Below are positions 35,451 through 45,367 of a DNA stretch of 64,000 nt, piece by piece; position 1 is the stretch's first letter, and every line of letters begins with the position of its first letter. Where the stretch lies: contig JBIIOE010000002.1 of the NCBI GenBank assembly GCA_044337105.1, positions 5,511 to 69,510 of the forward strand, given 5' to 3'. The notes under the pieces are model-generated. The model was not told where the DNA came from. It worked only from the letters and a program-made list of their open reading frames with translations, and did no database searches. The translations under genes and the position numbers were made by a program. The stretch comes from Bdellovibrionota bacterium (GTDB lineage: Bacteria > Bdellovibrionota_C > UBA2361 > OMII01).

Positions 35451-36676
35451 ACCAAGTACACGATACGAGCCGGATGCTGAATGATACCGGCGTAGCACTT
35501 TGCTTCGTCGCCACGGCCCCAAAATAGATCGACCCTATCTGTTCCTGTTATGGCGCCTCCCGAGTCCTGGTCGAGAACGAGGCGAGTTATCTCTACCTCT
35601 CGCAGAGGATCACCCGTGTCTTCCGACTCGTCGCTGAGTACCGGCTTCGAAAAGCTCAAGAGAGCCAGGGCTCCCTTGGGAGCATACTTTGGATCCGCTG
35701 CAATTGTTCGTCCTGGTGTCGCGGGGACGCCCAGGGCTGTGATCGCGCGCTGTGGAGACTTGTTGAAGAATACGTAGCTTGGATTTCGGTAGAGTAGTTC
35801 GTTGCGCTCGTGTTCGGGCATCTCACGCAGTGCCGCTTCGACCCGTTGCATCGTGATCTTCTTCGGAGCTATGCGTTCTTTGAGGAACTTGCCAATCGCT
35901 TCGTATTTTCGTCCATTTTTGTCGGCGTAGGTAATGAAGACCTCACTACCGTCTTCGAGTCGTACCGTTCCAGAGCCCTGAATGTGTAGAAAGAACGCCT
36001 CTATTAGATCTACCCAGCAGAGTTCGAGGCGCCTCCCTTTCAAAACGCCGCCTCCATCTATCTCTTCACGCGTGTAATAGGGGAGCACTTTTCCGTCGTG
36101 AAGCCTTCCTTTGAGAGCATTCTCTCCTTTGAATCGCTCGGAGAACTGCTTCAGATCTATCGTGACTAAGTCGGTAGGTTTCGCATACAGAGGATGTGAG
36201 TGGCTTGAGGTGCGAACAGTGCTGCCGCTGATGATCGGTTCGAAGTAGCTCGTGAGTAGGATCTCTCCCCACTGTTTACCTCCGTATATCTCGAAAAAGC
36301 GAAATCGACTCCGGACAAAATCGATCTTTTCCTCGGTCGACGAAGCGTGTCCGAGCACGTGGTGAAGCTCCTCTAAGGCCTTGGCATATTCCCCGCGTGT
36401 AACTGTGACCGGCCCAAACCGCATCCGTGTCTCAGACGTCCGTTGTAATACAGGACGTTGTGCTTCAATTGCATGCATCAATCCGTCGAAATCGAGATCG
36501 TCCGCGACAGGAGTAGATGTGATTTCCCTAAAAGCGGACTCGGGTCCGGGAACCGCTGGACGAGCGCACGCGGTGAGCACTGTAAGGCCCACTAATCCCC
36601 AGATTTGGCAGAGGAGAATGCCTCTTCCTTTGATGAAATTCGCCCGAAAGAGATTCAGAAATTTCATAGTCACCAT
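35441..36676 (-). CDS. mltA: membrane-bound lytic murein transglycosylase A
   Basis: MltA domain plus a 3D domain ('FFLHIQGSGTVRLEDGSEV', 'GVPATPGRTIAADPKYAPKGALALL'). Confidence 0.85.
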   Translation of the reverse strand: MVTMKFLNLFRANFIKGRGILLCQIWGLVGLTVLTACARPAVPGPESAFREITSTPVADDLDFDGLMHAIEAQRPVLQRTSETRMRFGPVTVTRGEYAKALEELHHVLGHASSTEEKIDFVRSRFRFFEIYGGKQWGEILLTSYFEPIISGSTVRTSSHSHPLYAKPTDLVTIDLKQFSERFKGENALKGRLHDGKVLPYYTREEIDGGGVLKGRRLELCWVDLIEAFFLHIQGSGTVRLEDGSEVFITYADKNGRKYEAIGKFLKERIAPKKITMQRVEAALREMPEHERNELLYRNPSYVFFNKSPQRAITALGVPATPGRTIAADPKYAPKGALALLSFSKPVLSDESEDTGDPLREVEITRLVLDQDSGGAITGTDRVDLFWGRGDEAKCYAGIIQHPARIVYLVPR

Positions 36677-36992
36677 GCGTTGTCGTGCAGTTATGTGAGC
36701 GGTCCTCTTCCAGCACCTTCAAAAGCTGTCTCCTAACTGACCGGTTTAGCCCCCTTAGGGAACTCACCGGGCCTCTTTGAAAGGTATGACCTCACTTGCA
36801 GCGCCTTCTGGCGAGCCCATGACAGTGTCTCGGGAAGCCTCAGCTTGCACAAGACACTTCATGAAGAGCGAAAAAATGAGACCTGCTCGAGCCGATCGCA
36901 TCCTAAAGGATTGTGTAGTTTTCTTTGAAGCGGAAGGGGCGCACGCACTTTCCAAAAGTTGTCGGTTGGTGAAGGTTCTACGAGGTTGACGT

Positions 36993-38588
36993 ATGGAGAG
37001 GGAGCAGGGGATTCTCCACAGTCTGATAGTTGCAGTCCTTGCTGTGTGTTGTGTGCGCATGGCACAAGCGGACCCCAGTTCTCCGTATCGTACCGAAGTA
37101 GCGTTACGCGGGTTCTATGAACTGAAACCGGGAACGAGCGCTGGGGTAGAGCGAGAGATTATTCCTTCCGTGCGGCTGGCAGGGCGTGTGTACGGCGAGG
37201 GTGCCATCGATGCCCGTTTTTCAATCCGCAAAAACAAAACGTGGCGAGCTTTCACGCACAAGGCGGGAAGGCTTCAAGAAGATACTCTCGACCCGGTTCT
37301 TCTCCAGGGTACACTGGCATTAGGGGGTGGCTGGCGGGCTTCCGGGCGTCGGATCTTTCCCACTGCAGCTTCGATTATCGGTAACCGACTCAAGGTCACG
37401 TTCCCCGGACGGGTAAAAGGTTCCCGGCGCTCTCGTCAGCGCGTGTACACTATCAGTTTATCACTTGATGGCTCGCTCGTAGTGAAGGCCAATGTCTCGA
37501 GTATTCCCGTGGCCGCCGCCAGGCGCGGAGCCTGTGGAGTAGAGGTCGAGCCGGAAGCTCATCCGAGGGCTGTGATTGAGCCACTTAAAGACTTCGCGCG
37601 CCAAGAGAGTGCGACCAAGACGGTGCGTGTCGTTACGTTGAGCACGGACGCGGACGAGCAGTGGTATGCCAAATATGGGGATCAGAGCAACGCAGTAATC
37701 GCCAGTATCGTGAATACCGCGGAGGCAATATACGATCGCCAGCTCGATATGCGCTTCAGGATCGTCAAGCAGCACGTGTATACGGATATATCTCCGTACA
37801 CAATGACAGCCCCAGGGGGCTTGTTGAGTAGCTTCACACGCAATCCCGATAATCCGGCCAACTTAGGGATAAACGCTGCTACCTTCGATGATGACGTTAA
37901 TCTCAAACACCTCTTCACGGGTAAGGACTTCGATGGAGGGGTGATCGGTATCGCATACATCGGAGTCGTATGCTCGATCCCGACACTTTCATACGGCATA
38001 ACTCAGGCGTTCGGAGATGGTCCGACGGCGGGCATATTTGCCCACGAGGTCGGGCACAACTTTGGTGCGTATCACGATGTGAATAATCGTGGCAGTTTGA
38101 TGTATCCGAGTATTTCGCTTCCGCCTTCTGACTATTTCTCGCCTACGAGTCTGCAGGAGATACGTGGTCATCTCGAGGAGGCGCGCACGTGTCTATCGGT
38201 CGAGAGTGTAGAACCGCGTCCGGGTAATCCAGCGCCACCCACTAGTGAGGAAGTGCCGACCCCCGTACCAGGGGGTGATGCGCCAGGTCCTCAGGCGTCG
38301 ATCTCTCTCGCAAGGCAGAGGGTGGGTGACGTACGGGCTCCTGTCGTGCGCCTCTCGGGGAAGATGCTGACAGCCAGTAACCTCCCGGCTGCTCAGGTAG
38401 AGTTGCAGCTGGTGGCCGAGGGGGTTGTCGTTGCATCAACGGCCACCAACGATGAGGGGCGTTTCCAGTTCTTCGTGAAGGTTGCGATCCCCGCTGGAAA
38501 GACTATCGAGGTGGTCGTACAGACGAGCGATGGAGCGATCCGGTCGAATACCTTGAACCTGAAAAAGACGAGACCAAAGCGTTCTTGA
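36993..38588 (+). CDS. secreted zinc metalloprotease (reprolysin/M12B-like HExxHxxGxxHD) with C-terminal beta-sandwich domain
   Basis: Signal peptide, 'FAHEVGHNFGAYHD' (extended zincin motif) and a downstream Met-turn 'SLMYP'. Confidence 0.75.
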   Translation: MEREQGILHSLIVAVLAVCCVRMAQADPSSPYRTEVALRGFYELKPGTSAGVEREIIPSVRLAGRVYGEGAIDARFSIRKNKTWRAFTHKAGRLQEDTLDPVLLQGTLALGGGWRASGRRIFPTAASIIGNRLKVTFPGRVKGSRRSRQRVYTISLSLDGSLVVKANVSSIPVAAARRGACGVEVEPEAHPRAVIEPLKDFARQESATKTVRVVTLSTDADEQWYAKYGDQSNAVIASIVNTAEAIYDRQLDMRFRIVKQHVYTDISPYTMTAPGGLLSSFTRNPDNPANLGINAATFDDDVNLKHLFTGKDFDGGVIGIAYIGVVCSIPTLSYGITQAFGDGPTAGIFAHEVGHNFGAYHDVNNRGSLMYPSISLPPSDYFSPTSLQEIRGHLEEARTCLSVESVEPRPGNPAPPTSEEVPTPVPGGDAPGPQASISLARQRVGDVRAPVVRLSGKMLTASNLPAAQVELQLVAEGVVVASTATNDEGRFQFFVKVAIPAGKTIEVVVQTSDGAIRSNTLNLKKTRPKRS

Positions 38589-38717
38589 GACGCAGTAGCT
38601 CCTGGCCAGACTAGAAGATTCTCTTTTTAGGCCCCTAACCTTGACCGAGGCCGTTGCTTCGGCGATATCTGTGGGAGCCCTGAGAGGTCGGGCCGAAGAT
38701 GGTGAGAGGCGAAAGAT

Positions 38718-39095
38718 ATGAGCCAAAAGACAGGTAAGCTCGAGGAAGGGTTGGTCCAGGCGATGAAGGCAATTGATAACCAAGTTGCTCGGGCGTTGCA
38801 GAGGACTCCAGCTGAGCGCGAACAGCTGGGCGTGCAGAAATGGGAGCCGTACGAGAGTCGTATCGAACATGTGACGGCTTTTATCCTCAATGAATTGGGA
38901 GACAATTCCGTCTCTATCGATTCACTCCTTGTTCTCTCTCAATCTTTCACCAAGGCGCTGCGACTTGTAAGCGAGGATTTAGGATTGGATGGGCTTGGCA
39001 CTCTCAGGTCGTCGTATTGCGTTGACGCCATGCAAAAAATACAGCGCGATGCGGACAAGACGCTGGCAGAGCTGTCGACCGAGCGATTGACGTAA
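38718..39095 (+). CDS. hypothetical protein
   Basis: 125-aa ORF, helical. No signature recognised. Confidence 0.35.
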   Translation: MSQKTGKLEEGLVQAMKAIDNQVARALQRTPAEREQLGVQKWEPYESRIEHVTAFILNELGDNSVSIDSLLVLSQSFTKALRLVSEDLGLDGLGTLRSSYCVDAMQKIQRDADKTLAELSTERLT

Positions 39096-39266
39096 ACAAG
39101 CACGATCGTAAACAAGCACGATCGTTCGACAGGGTTCGCGCACAAACTGGGCGAGGTGTGCATCCTGTACTGAGGGATATCATCGGTGTGTCACCACTAG
39201 TGCCTTAGTGTGCCTTCCTCTTGCCGAAGCTTCGGCACGTGCATCGAAGATAGCTCAGGTTGCGTC

Positions 39267-40460
39267 ATGCTAAAAATTGTTCACTGCATTACCGGTCTCA
39301 CAGGAGACGGAGCTCAGGGTATGCTGTTGAGGCTCGTTACTGCCCTTGCAGCACAAGGTATAGAAAATCGTGTGGTCAGTCTCGAAACTCGTCAGCCTAT
39401 GGCCGCTCGTTTCGAGAAGGTTGGTGTGCCCGTCTATTCCTTGGGGATCGACTCAGTTCTTTCCGGGGGGCCGGCATTAGCCACTCTTTGTAAGGTTCTG
39501 AGAGCTGAATCACCGGCTCTTCTGCAGGGATGGATGTATCACGGTAATATGGCCCTGTACCTTGCACGCAAACTTATGCGAGTGCGTACGCCCCTGGTCT
39601 GGAATATCCGTCGAGGATTAGACGACCTCGGAGAACGTTCGTTGAAGACTCGAGGTATGATCTGGATGAATCAGATACTCTCGCGAGTTCCTGCGGGCAT
39701 CGTGTATTGCACCGAACAAAGCATGATACAGCACGAGACTCTCGGGTTCACGCGGGGCAAGGGTGTAGTAATCGGAAACGGATTCGACACTGATCGATAT
39801 CGACCATGTCATGATTCTCGCGACGCAGTGCTAACCAAACTGGGATTTTCGACGGATGCACTCGTAATTGGCCACGTGGGACGTTACGACGTTGCAAAGG
39901 GTCACGTGCACTTACTAGAAGCTTTTTCGCGGGTGCTCTCACAATTCCCACAGGCGCGGCTAGTGTGCGCTGGGCGGGGAGTTGATAAGGACAATAAGGA
40001 CCTCGCAGGGCTTGTGGACCGCTTGGGCCTTGCTCCCTACACGGTATTACTCGGCGAGTGTTCTCCTATCGAGAAGCTGTATCATGCATTCGACATCATG
40101 TGCTCCTCTTCGATAGCGGAGGGTTTTCCAAATGTTGTTGCAGAGGCGATGGCGAGTGGCGTTCCGTGTGTAGTGACAGATACCGGCGCTTCGCGAGTGC
40201 TCGTAGAAGACCTCGGTTTGGTGGTGGAGCCGCGTTCAAGCGCTGCTTTGGGAGATGCCCTCTGTGCGCTGTGTGCGAGGAGTTCAGATGAGCGACGGGC
40301 ATTAGGCGCATTAGGACGAGAAAGGATACGGGGGCTCTACTCTATGCGGGCGGTTTCTCAGCGTTATGCGGATCTGTACGGGAGGGTGTGTGGGGACGAC
40401 AGGCTCTCTTCGCATCCCGTGGCTAGCAATCCCCGTGATGACAGAGTAGGGGTCGTCTGA
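39267..40460 (+). CDS. glycosyltransferase family 4 (GT-B, 'glycosyl transferases group 1')
   Basis: N-terminal 'IVHCITGLTGDGAQ', C-terminal 'SSIAEGFPNVVAEAMASGVPCVVTDTG' (E-x7-E region). Confidence 0.8.
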   Translation: MLKIVHCITGLTGDGAQGMLLRLVTALAAQGIENRVVSLETRQPMAARFEKVGVPVYSLGIDSVLSGGPALATLCKVLRAESPALLQGWMYHGNMALYLARKLMRVRTPLVWNIRRGLDDLGERSLKTRGMIWMNQILSRVPAGIVYCTEQSMIQHETLGFTRGKGVVIGNGFDTDRYRPCHDSRDAVLTKLGFSTDALVIGHVGRYDVAKGHVHLLEAFSRVLSQFPQARLVCAGRGVDKDNKDLAGLVDRLGLAPYTVLLGECSPIEKLYHAFDIMCSSSIAEGFPNVVAEAMASGVPCVVTDTGASRVLVEDLGLVVEPRSSAALGDALCALCARSSDERRALGALGRERIRGLYSMRAVSQRYADLYGRVCGDDRLSSHPVASNPRDDRVGVV

Positions 40461-40777
40461 CCTGTGATAGCTATGCTCGGCCTCGCGTAGGGAGTGTTAT
40501 GTTGTTGTTTAATCTTGAGTTTTTGCCTCTGGGAGGCTCGCTGGCCGGGTGTCTGCTGCCATTTTGAGTCAGGGGTGGGAGGGGGCTGGCGTGCCGCTGT
40601 CAAGTGTTCGTTGACCCCGGCTCCGTCTGCCTGGTATCCTCAGGAGGATTATCTGGTTACCGCTCCGGGACCCTACCGGTGGATATTGATGGCTTGAGAT
40701 CGTTCAAGCATCGGTGTGCGCTTCCGACACTGAGTTCCTGCGGCCTATCAGAATGATAATTGCCGTGGAGGAATGAA

Positions 40778-41143
40778 ATGTCGAATAGAAAATTGTACGT
40801 AGGTAACCTGCCGTTCTCCCTTGAGGACGGTGACCTCGCACAGCTGTTTAGTCAAGCTGGAACCGTTGTATCAGCACGTGTTGTGCTCGATCCAGCAACG
40901 GGCCGCAAGCGTGGCTTCGGCTTTGTCGAGATGTCGAGCGAGGACGAGGCTGAAGCGGCAAAGAATTCGCTTAACGGCACTGATGTTGATGGTCGTTCTA
41001 TCGTTGTTGATATCGCTCAGGAGCGCCCTCGTCGCGAAGGCGGCGGAGGAGGCGGTGGCGGTTTCCGTGGCGGAGATCGTCCTCGTCGGCACGGCGGCGG
41101 TGGTGGTGGTGGCTACGGTGGTGGTGGCGGCGGACGTCGCTAA
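40778..41143 (+). CDS. RRM-type RNA-binding protein with Gly-rich (RGG/GGYGG) C-terminal tail
   Basis: RNP2 'KLYVGNLPF', RNP1 'RGFGFVEM', then 'GGGGGGGGFRGGDRPRRHGGGGGGGYGGGGGGRR'. Confidence 0.9.
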   Translation: MSNRKLYVGNLPFSLEDGDLAQLFSQAGTVVSARVVLDPATGRKRGFGFVEMSSEDEAEAAKNSLNGTDVDGRSIVVDIAQERPRREGGGGGGGGFRGGDRPRRHGGGGGGGYGGGGGGRR

Positions 41144-41146
41144 TCT

Positions 41147-41338
41147 CCCCTAGGGAAGCGAGGCAACCCCCCCCTGCTACGAAAGCGGATCTTGGGTTGC
41201 TCTCCGACTTTCGCGATGTGGAAAAATCCTCAGTGTATCGCAGCGGATACACCTGCGGATTTTCCACATCGAGAAAATCGAATATCACCCAACCTCCACT
41301 TTCTCGCTACGGGTAGGTTTTGCTTCGCTTCCCAAGCT
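41147..41338 (-). repeat. family-1 inverted-repeat element, full-length copy B (opposite orientation to copy A)
   Basis: The reverse complement aligns along about 190 bp with 519..710, including the central imperfect palindrome TGGAAAAATCC..CAGCGGATACACCTGCGGATTTTCCA. It starts 4 nt after the RRM gene stop. Confidence 0.8.
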
Positions 41339-41412
41339 CGAGCGTCGCAGCATCTTTGCGGCGCTCGACTTCTGTTCCGACCGTAGTCTTTTCTTAAATC
41401 CCTTCCAAGATT

Positions 41413-42891
41413 TCACTCGACCATCAGGGCATCGCAGAGAGCTTGTCGTAGTGCCTTGAATGTTTTGACTGTAGAGCTGTCGGATAGCCCCACCTGGTCT
41501 TCAGGAGCCTCTAGATACAGAACACCTATGCGCCGTTTGGTTCCCAAAGAGCTGTAGATGCCGGCCGTAGATTCTACGACCTCCGTTCCCTCCCGTTCTA
41601 TTAAAGGCTGAGCGCAGTTGAATGCGACGAGAGCTGGATCGCCCTGGGTGTGTTGAGACGTCGTGATGTTGTCCGCAACCAGCCCTGCCATAGCGCTGCC
41701 AGGGGAGGTCTTGATATTTATCTTCCCTAAGCGTCTGAGCCTGACATTTCCTATTACTGACAGTGGTAGAAGGCTCATCTGCGAAGGATCCACGACAAAG
41801 ACACAACCTCCAGTGAACCCCGCATCGGGGATTATTCGTTTTATCAGCTGTTCTATTATTTCTTCGCTCACGCCGCTGCTTGGCATTTCGGAATATAGGG
41901 AGCGCAGGGCTGATTGAACTGCAGGGGGACAATGACGGATGTACTGATTGTCCAACGCGCGTGAACCGAGCCTGTACCGCTCAATAGCTTTGGGTGGATC
42001 GAACGTGGGTAGGGTGGCGAAGGTAGCCGGCAAGGCAGATCTATAATGCTCGCTATGCTCGACGGCCCGAGTACGGATGAGGTGGACGCCATCCTCGCCT
42101 AGAAACTTAGTAATGTAGTCATTGGCTCTGCGCCAATCGTTTTCTGCCGATGGGTATGTTTCGGGGCTGCCAGCTCGTGCGAGGGCTTGGCCGATCTCAC
42201 ACAGACTTTCGCATATCTCCCACGAATCCTCTTCTTGTGCAGGAGTCTTCGGCGATGACACCTCGCTTGAAGGACGAAGAATGCGCATCGCTAACACAGT
42301 GGGGCTGAACCCGAGCTCTTTGGTCAGCTCTTCGTCTACGGTTGTTCGCGATGTGAGGGACTTGATGATGCGCGAGTAAAGAGATGGATAGTTCCAGGCA
42401 ATCAAGTTGAGTCCTATCTCTCGAATGACTCCGTGAGCGAACGCCATATCTGGATCGATATTCTGGTTCTTGCTGAGCGCCTCGGCGGTCGAGGCGATAA
42501 TGGCGGTCTCCTTCAAACGATTGGACTGAAGATAATCGCTGGATTCTAGTTGATGAGTTGATGGCGGTTCGTTCTGAGTGCCTAAAATAGCGGTCAGCTT
42601 CGGTAGCCCCGCCCATCGTATCAGCTGGATCGGATTCGAGGAGGTTGATGGCGGAACGTTTTCCTTCGTCGCGACTGGGATAAGCTCCTTGACCACGTAT
42701 GTAAAGAGCGCGAAGTCTTTTTTCAGTTCGTCAATGAGAGGTGAGATGTCCGAGGCATACCGACCATTTTCGAGTCCCTCACGAATGGTTTTCAATACCG
42801 ATGGATTAATGGGAAACCACAGAGCGCTGACGTGATGCACGGCTCGGTCGAGGCGTTTGTCAGAAGAGCCATGACCTTGATAGACCGGCAT
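41413..42891 (-). CDS. signal-transduction protein with N-terminal HDOD-like domain and C-terminal GAF-like domain
   Basis: 'AFAHGVIREIGLNLIAWNYP' resembles the HDOD His/Asp region. The C-terminal 'GGCVFVVD...IGVLYLE' is GAF-like. Confidence 0.45.
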   Translation of the reverse strand: MPVYQGHGSSDKRLDRAVHHVSALWFPINPSVLKTIREGLENGRYASDISPLIDELKKDFALFTYVVKELIPVATKENVPPSTSSNPIQLIRWAGLPKLTAILGTQNEPPSTHQLESSDYLQSNRLKETAIIASTAEALSKNQNIDPDMAFAHGVIREIGLNLIAWNYPSLYSRIIKSLTSRTTVDEELTKELGFSPTVLAMRILRPSSEVSSPKTPAQEEDSWEICESLCEIGQALARAGSPETYPSAENDWRRANDYITKFLGEDGVHLIRTRAVEHSEHYRSALPATFATLPTFDPPKAIERYRLGSRALDNQYIRHCPPAVQSALRSLYSEMPSSGVSEEIIEQLIKRIIPDAGFTGGCVFVVDPSQMSLLPLSVIGNVRLRRLGKINIKTSPGSAMAGLVADNITTSQHTQGDPALVAFNCAQPLIEREGTEVVESTAGIYSSLGTKRRIGVLYLEAPEDQVGLSDSSTVKTFKALRQALCDALMVE

Positions 42892-43173
42892 CTAGGGGGG
42901 AGCTCCTACTACGAAACTACATCCTTTCACCGTGCTCGACATTGAACTTCGACGGATGAGGGAACGGGCCACTTTGTACAAATGGCAGAACGAACCTCTA
43001 GGACGGTCGAATCGGACAGTGGTCGGGCACAATTCCTCGTACGCAAGAGGGTGTCGACTGCGGCGTAGCAGACCTTGAGCTTTCCGGTCGAAAAAGATGT
43101 GCTACGTAGTGAGATCAGGCGCTTATATCGTAGAGTGGGCGCCGCTCGGTAACGAAAACAACTAGAGCTTTTC

Positions 43174-43761
43174 TCAATGTACCGGTTTTCCGGCTGCCCG
43201 CAGAAGGCGTCTCCATGACAGAGCGAGACGGATAGCCTCAAGGATCTCTTCCTTGGATAGTTCGGAGAACTCCGTTGAAAGCTCCGGTAAGATGCGCAGT
43301 GGATTTCGAAGCTCTTTGATAGAAAACATCTCGAAGCATGCATCGGCCACGATGAAAAGCTTCTCGCGTGAAATGGCCTTGCGCGGGTCCTTCCCTGAAA
43401 CGAGCGCAGAATCAGTCATGTTTGCCCCAGGATGTTTCATAACATTTGGGACACTAGTAGATTGAGTGGTCGGTGTACAGGATTTTTCTCGCCACAGATT
43501 CAGGAAAGAAGCCGATAAAATGCCGAGTACAGTAGGTGTGTTTCGCCATGACGAAGGGATGAATTGACTGTTAATCCAGGTGAAACAGTGGATGACAGAT
43601 ACGACCAGTTCGAAACATAGTTGCGCCGTGTTGTTGCGGTCTTTAGTGTCGGGACGAGAGGTCATCGCGTCGCTTTCGAGAACGATTAGATGTTTTGCGA
43701 TTAATTCGATAGGTCGGTATTTGGTCGTATCGTAACGGAATGGGAAGAAGAATATGAGCAC
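43174..43761 (-). CDS. hypothetical protein (low-GC ORF)
   Basis: About 49% GC against about 59% in the flanks. No domain recognised. Start uncertain. Confidence 0.3.
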   Translation of the reverse strand: MLIFFFPFRYDTTKYRPIELIAKHLIVLESDAMTSRPDTKDRNNTAQLCFELVVSVIHCFTWINSQFIPSSWRNTPTVLGILSASFLNLWREKSCTPTTQSTSVPNVMKHPGANMTDSALVSGKDPRKAISREKLFIVADACFEMFSIKELRNPLRILPELSTEFSELSKEEILEAIRLALSWRRLLRAAGKPVH

Positions 43762-44731
43762 ATGGTACTTGAGCTACAACGGAAAGCAGTTTGGACCTTT
43801 TGAAGACGTCGTCGCTATCGCGAAAGCTCATGAGAACCCTCAGGGATTCGCCTGGAGAGAGGGCATGGACAACTGGCTTCCGATTGCACAAGTTCCGGAA
43901 TTGAAGGGCAGGGGAGAGGGCTCGACGGCTGCACCGCCGCCAATTTCGCGCTTGGTCGCCGATGTCATCGACTTCAAGATCTGTGGCTCAGAGATGCAGT
44001 TTGTCGAGGTCGAGCTCGATCCAGGGGAGTCCGTAATCGCTGAGGCTGGGGCGATGATGTACAAGTCTCCGTCTATTACGATGCAGAGTATATTTGGGGA
44101 CGGAAGTGCACAGAGTTCCTCGGTAGTAGACAAGCTCATAGGTGCTGGAAAGCGCCTGCTGACGGGAGAGGGCCTCTTCATGACGGCGTTCACTCATTCT
44201 GGCCAAGGAAAAGCGCATGTGGCGTTCGCCTCGCCGTTTGCCGGAAATATCGTTCCTGTTGCGTTGTCTCATATCGGTGGTGCTCTGGTGTGTCAAAAGG
44301 ACAGCTTCCTTTGTGCGGCGAAGGGAGTTTCGGTCGGCATTTACTTTCAGCGTAGGATATTGACCGGTCTGTTCGGTGGTGAGGGCTTTGTCATGCAGAA
44401 GCTAGAAGGCGATGGGCTCGTCTTCATGCATGCGGGAGGAACGGTGGTAGAGCGTTTCCTAGAACCGAACGAGACCTTACACGTCGACACGGGGTGTGTG
44501 GTTGGATTTCAGCCGACCGTCGATTTCAAGATTGAACAAGCAGGGGGAATCAAGACGGCGCTCTTTGGTGGAGAAGGGCTCTTCTTCGCGTCGCTTCGTG
44601 GTCCAGGGGCTGTGTGGATGCAGTCGCTCCCGTTCTCGCGTCTTGCGGGCAGGATGCTCATGGCGTCCAAGGGAGGCCAGGAAGAAGGGTCTGCACTCGG
44701 GGCGCTCGGATCGATATTCAAGACGAGTTAG
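43754..44731 (+). CDS. DUF4339 (GYF-like) domain fused to AIM24/TIGR00266 family protein
   Basis: N-terminal 'WYLSYNGKQFGPFEDVV...GFAWREGMDNWLPI' is a DUF4339 module. The remaining about 230 aa has the repeated 'GGEGLF/GGEGFV' beta-rich pattern of the AIM24/DUF124 family. Confidence 0.6.
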   Translation: MSTWYLSYNGKQFGPFEDVVAIAKAHENPQGFAWREGMDNWLPIAQVPELKGRGEGSTAAPPPISRLVADVIDFKICGSEMQFVEVELDPGESVIAEAGAMMYKSPSITMQSIFGDGSAQSSSVVDKLIGAGKRLLTGEGLFMTAFTHSGQGKAHVAFASPFAGNIVPVALSHIGGALVCQKDSFLCAAKGVSVGIYFQRRILTGLFGGEGFVMQKLEGDGLVFMHAGGTVVERFLEPNETLHVDTGCVVGFQPTVDFKIEQAGGIKTALFGGEGLFFASLRGPGAVWMQSLPFSRLAGRMLMASKGGQEEGSALGALGSIFKTS

Positions 44732-44770
44732 AGATAGTGGCTCGACTGCGGTTCATTCGAATTGAGGCTG

Positions 44771-45229
44771 TCAGTGTTTTTTCGTGGTCCGAGCGAACTC
44801 CTCGCGTAGCCGTGACGCGTCGGCGCCGCGTGTGAATTCGTCGAGTGCGTCTCCAAGGCGGACTGCCAGTTGATTTTCGATGTGCGCCACCTCTTCGAGG
44901 CGCTTCACGGTCTCCTCAGCGCGATACTTGGTGTTCATGGTATCCACACTACCTGTCAGCAACACTGTGTGGCCACGCACCTCAACGGTGATATCCGAAG
45001 TGCTGAGGTCGGTTTCCGAAGAGAGAGCGCGAACGACTCGCTTGAGTAGTAGTCGGCTCGGAGAGAGGGATTCGTCCGAATGGATTTCTCGATAGGTACC
45101 GTGCACCACTCGTTCGATTTCGCCTGGCAGGGATTCGGGTTCCTCCTTGAAGAGAGATCCCGCTGGTCGAGGTCGAATGCGCTCCGCTTCGCTGCGATAA
45201 TCTTGGGGGGTGTCTCCTTTTTTCGCCAT
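44771..45229 (-). CDS. BON-domain protein (OsmY-like)
   Basis: 'ITVEVRGHTVLLTGSVDTMNTKYRAEETVKRLEEVAHIENQLAV' fits the BON pattern. Confidence 0.6.
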   Translation of the reverse strand: MAKKGDTPQDYRSEAERIRPRPAGSLFKEEPESLPGEIERVVHGTYREIHSDESLSPSRLLLKRVVRALSSETDLSTSDITVEVRGHTVLLTGSVDTMNTKYRAEETVKRLEEVAHIENQLAVRLGDALDEFTRGADASRLREEFARTTKKH

Positions 45230-45367
45230 CTCACCTATCCATATAGATCTCTGCCACCTTTACTCGCGTGGCAGTTTTTGGGGCACTGCTGCGTACAGCT
45301 GATTTGGCCGCACACTCGTGGGATTGAAGGAGATACTACAAGGCGATGCGCATGGGTCTGATGCAGC

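Noticed and set aside
41040-41140. GGC/GGT-rich tandem-looking DNA tract
   Set aside because: It encodes the Gly-rich (GGGGGGFRGG...GGYGGGGGG) tail of the RRM protein in frame. It is coding low complexity, not a non-coding tandem repeat or CRISPR-like array.
41168-41176. Poly-C tract (8 C) inside repeat copy B
   Set aside because: It is non-coding and lies inside a repeat element. Copy A has TTTTTT at the equivalent position, so it is probably just sequence drift, not a phase-variation switch for a gene.
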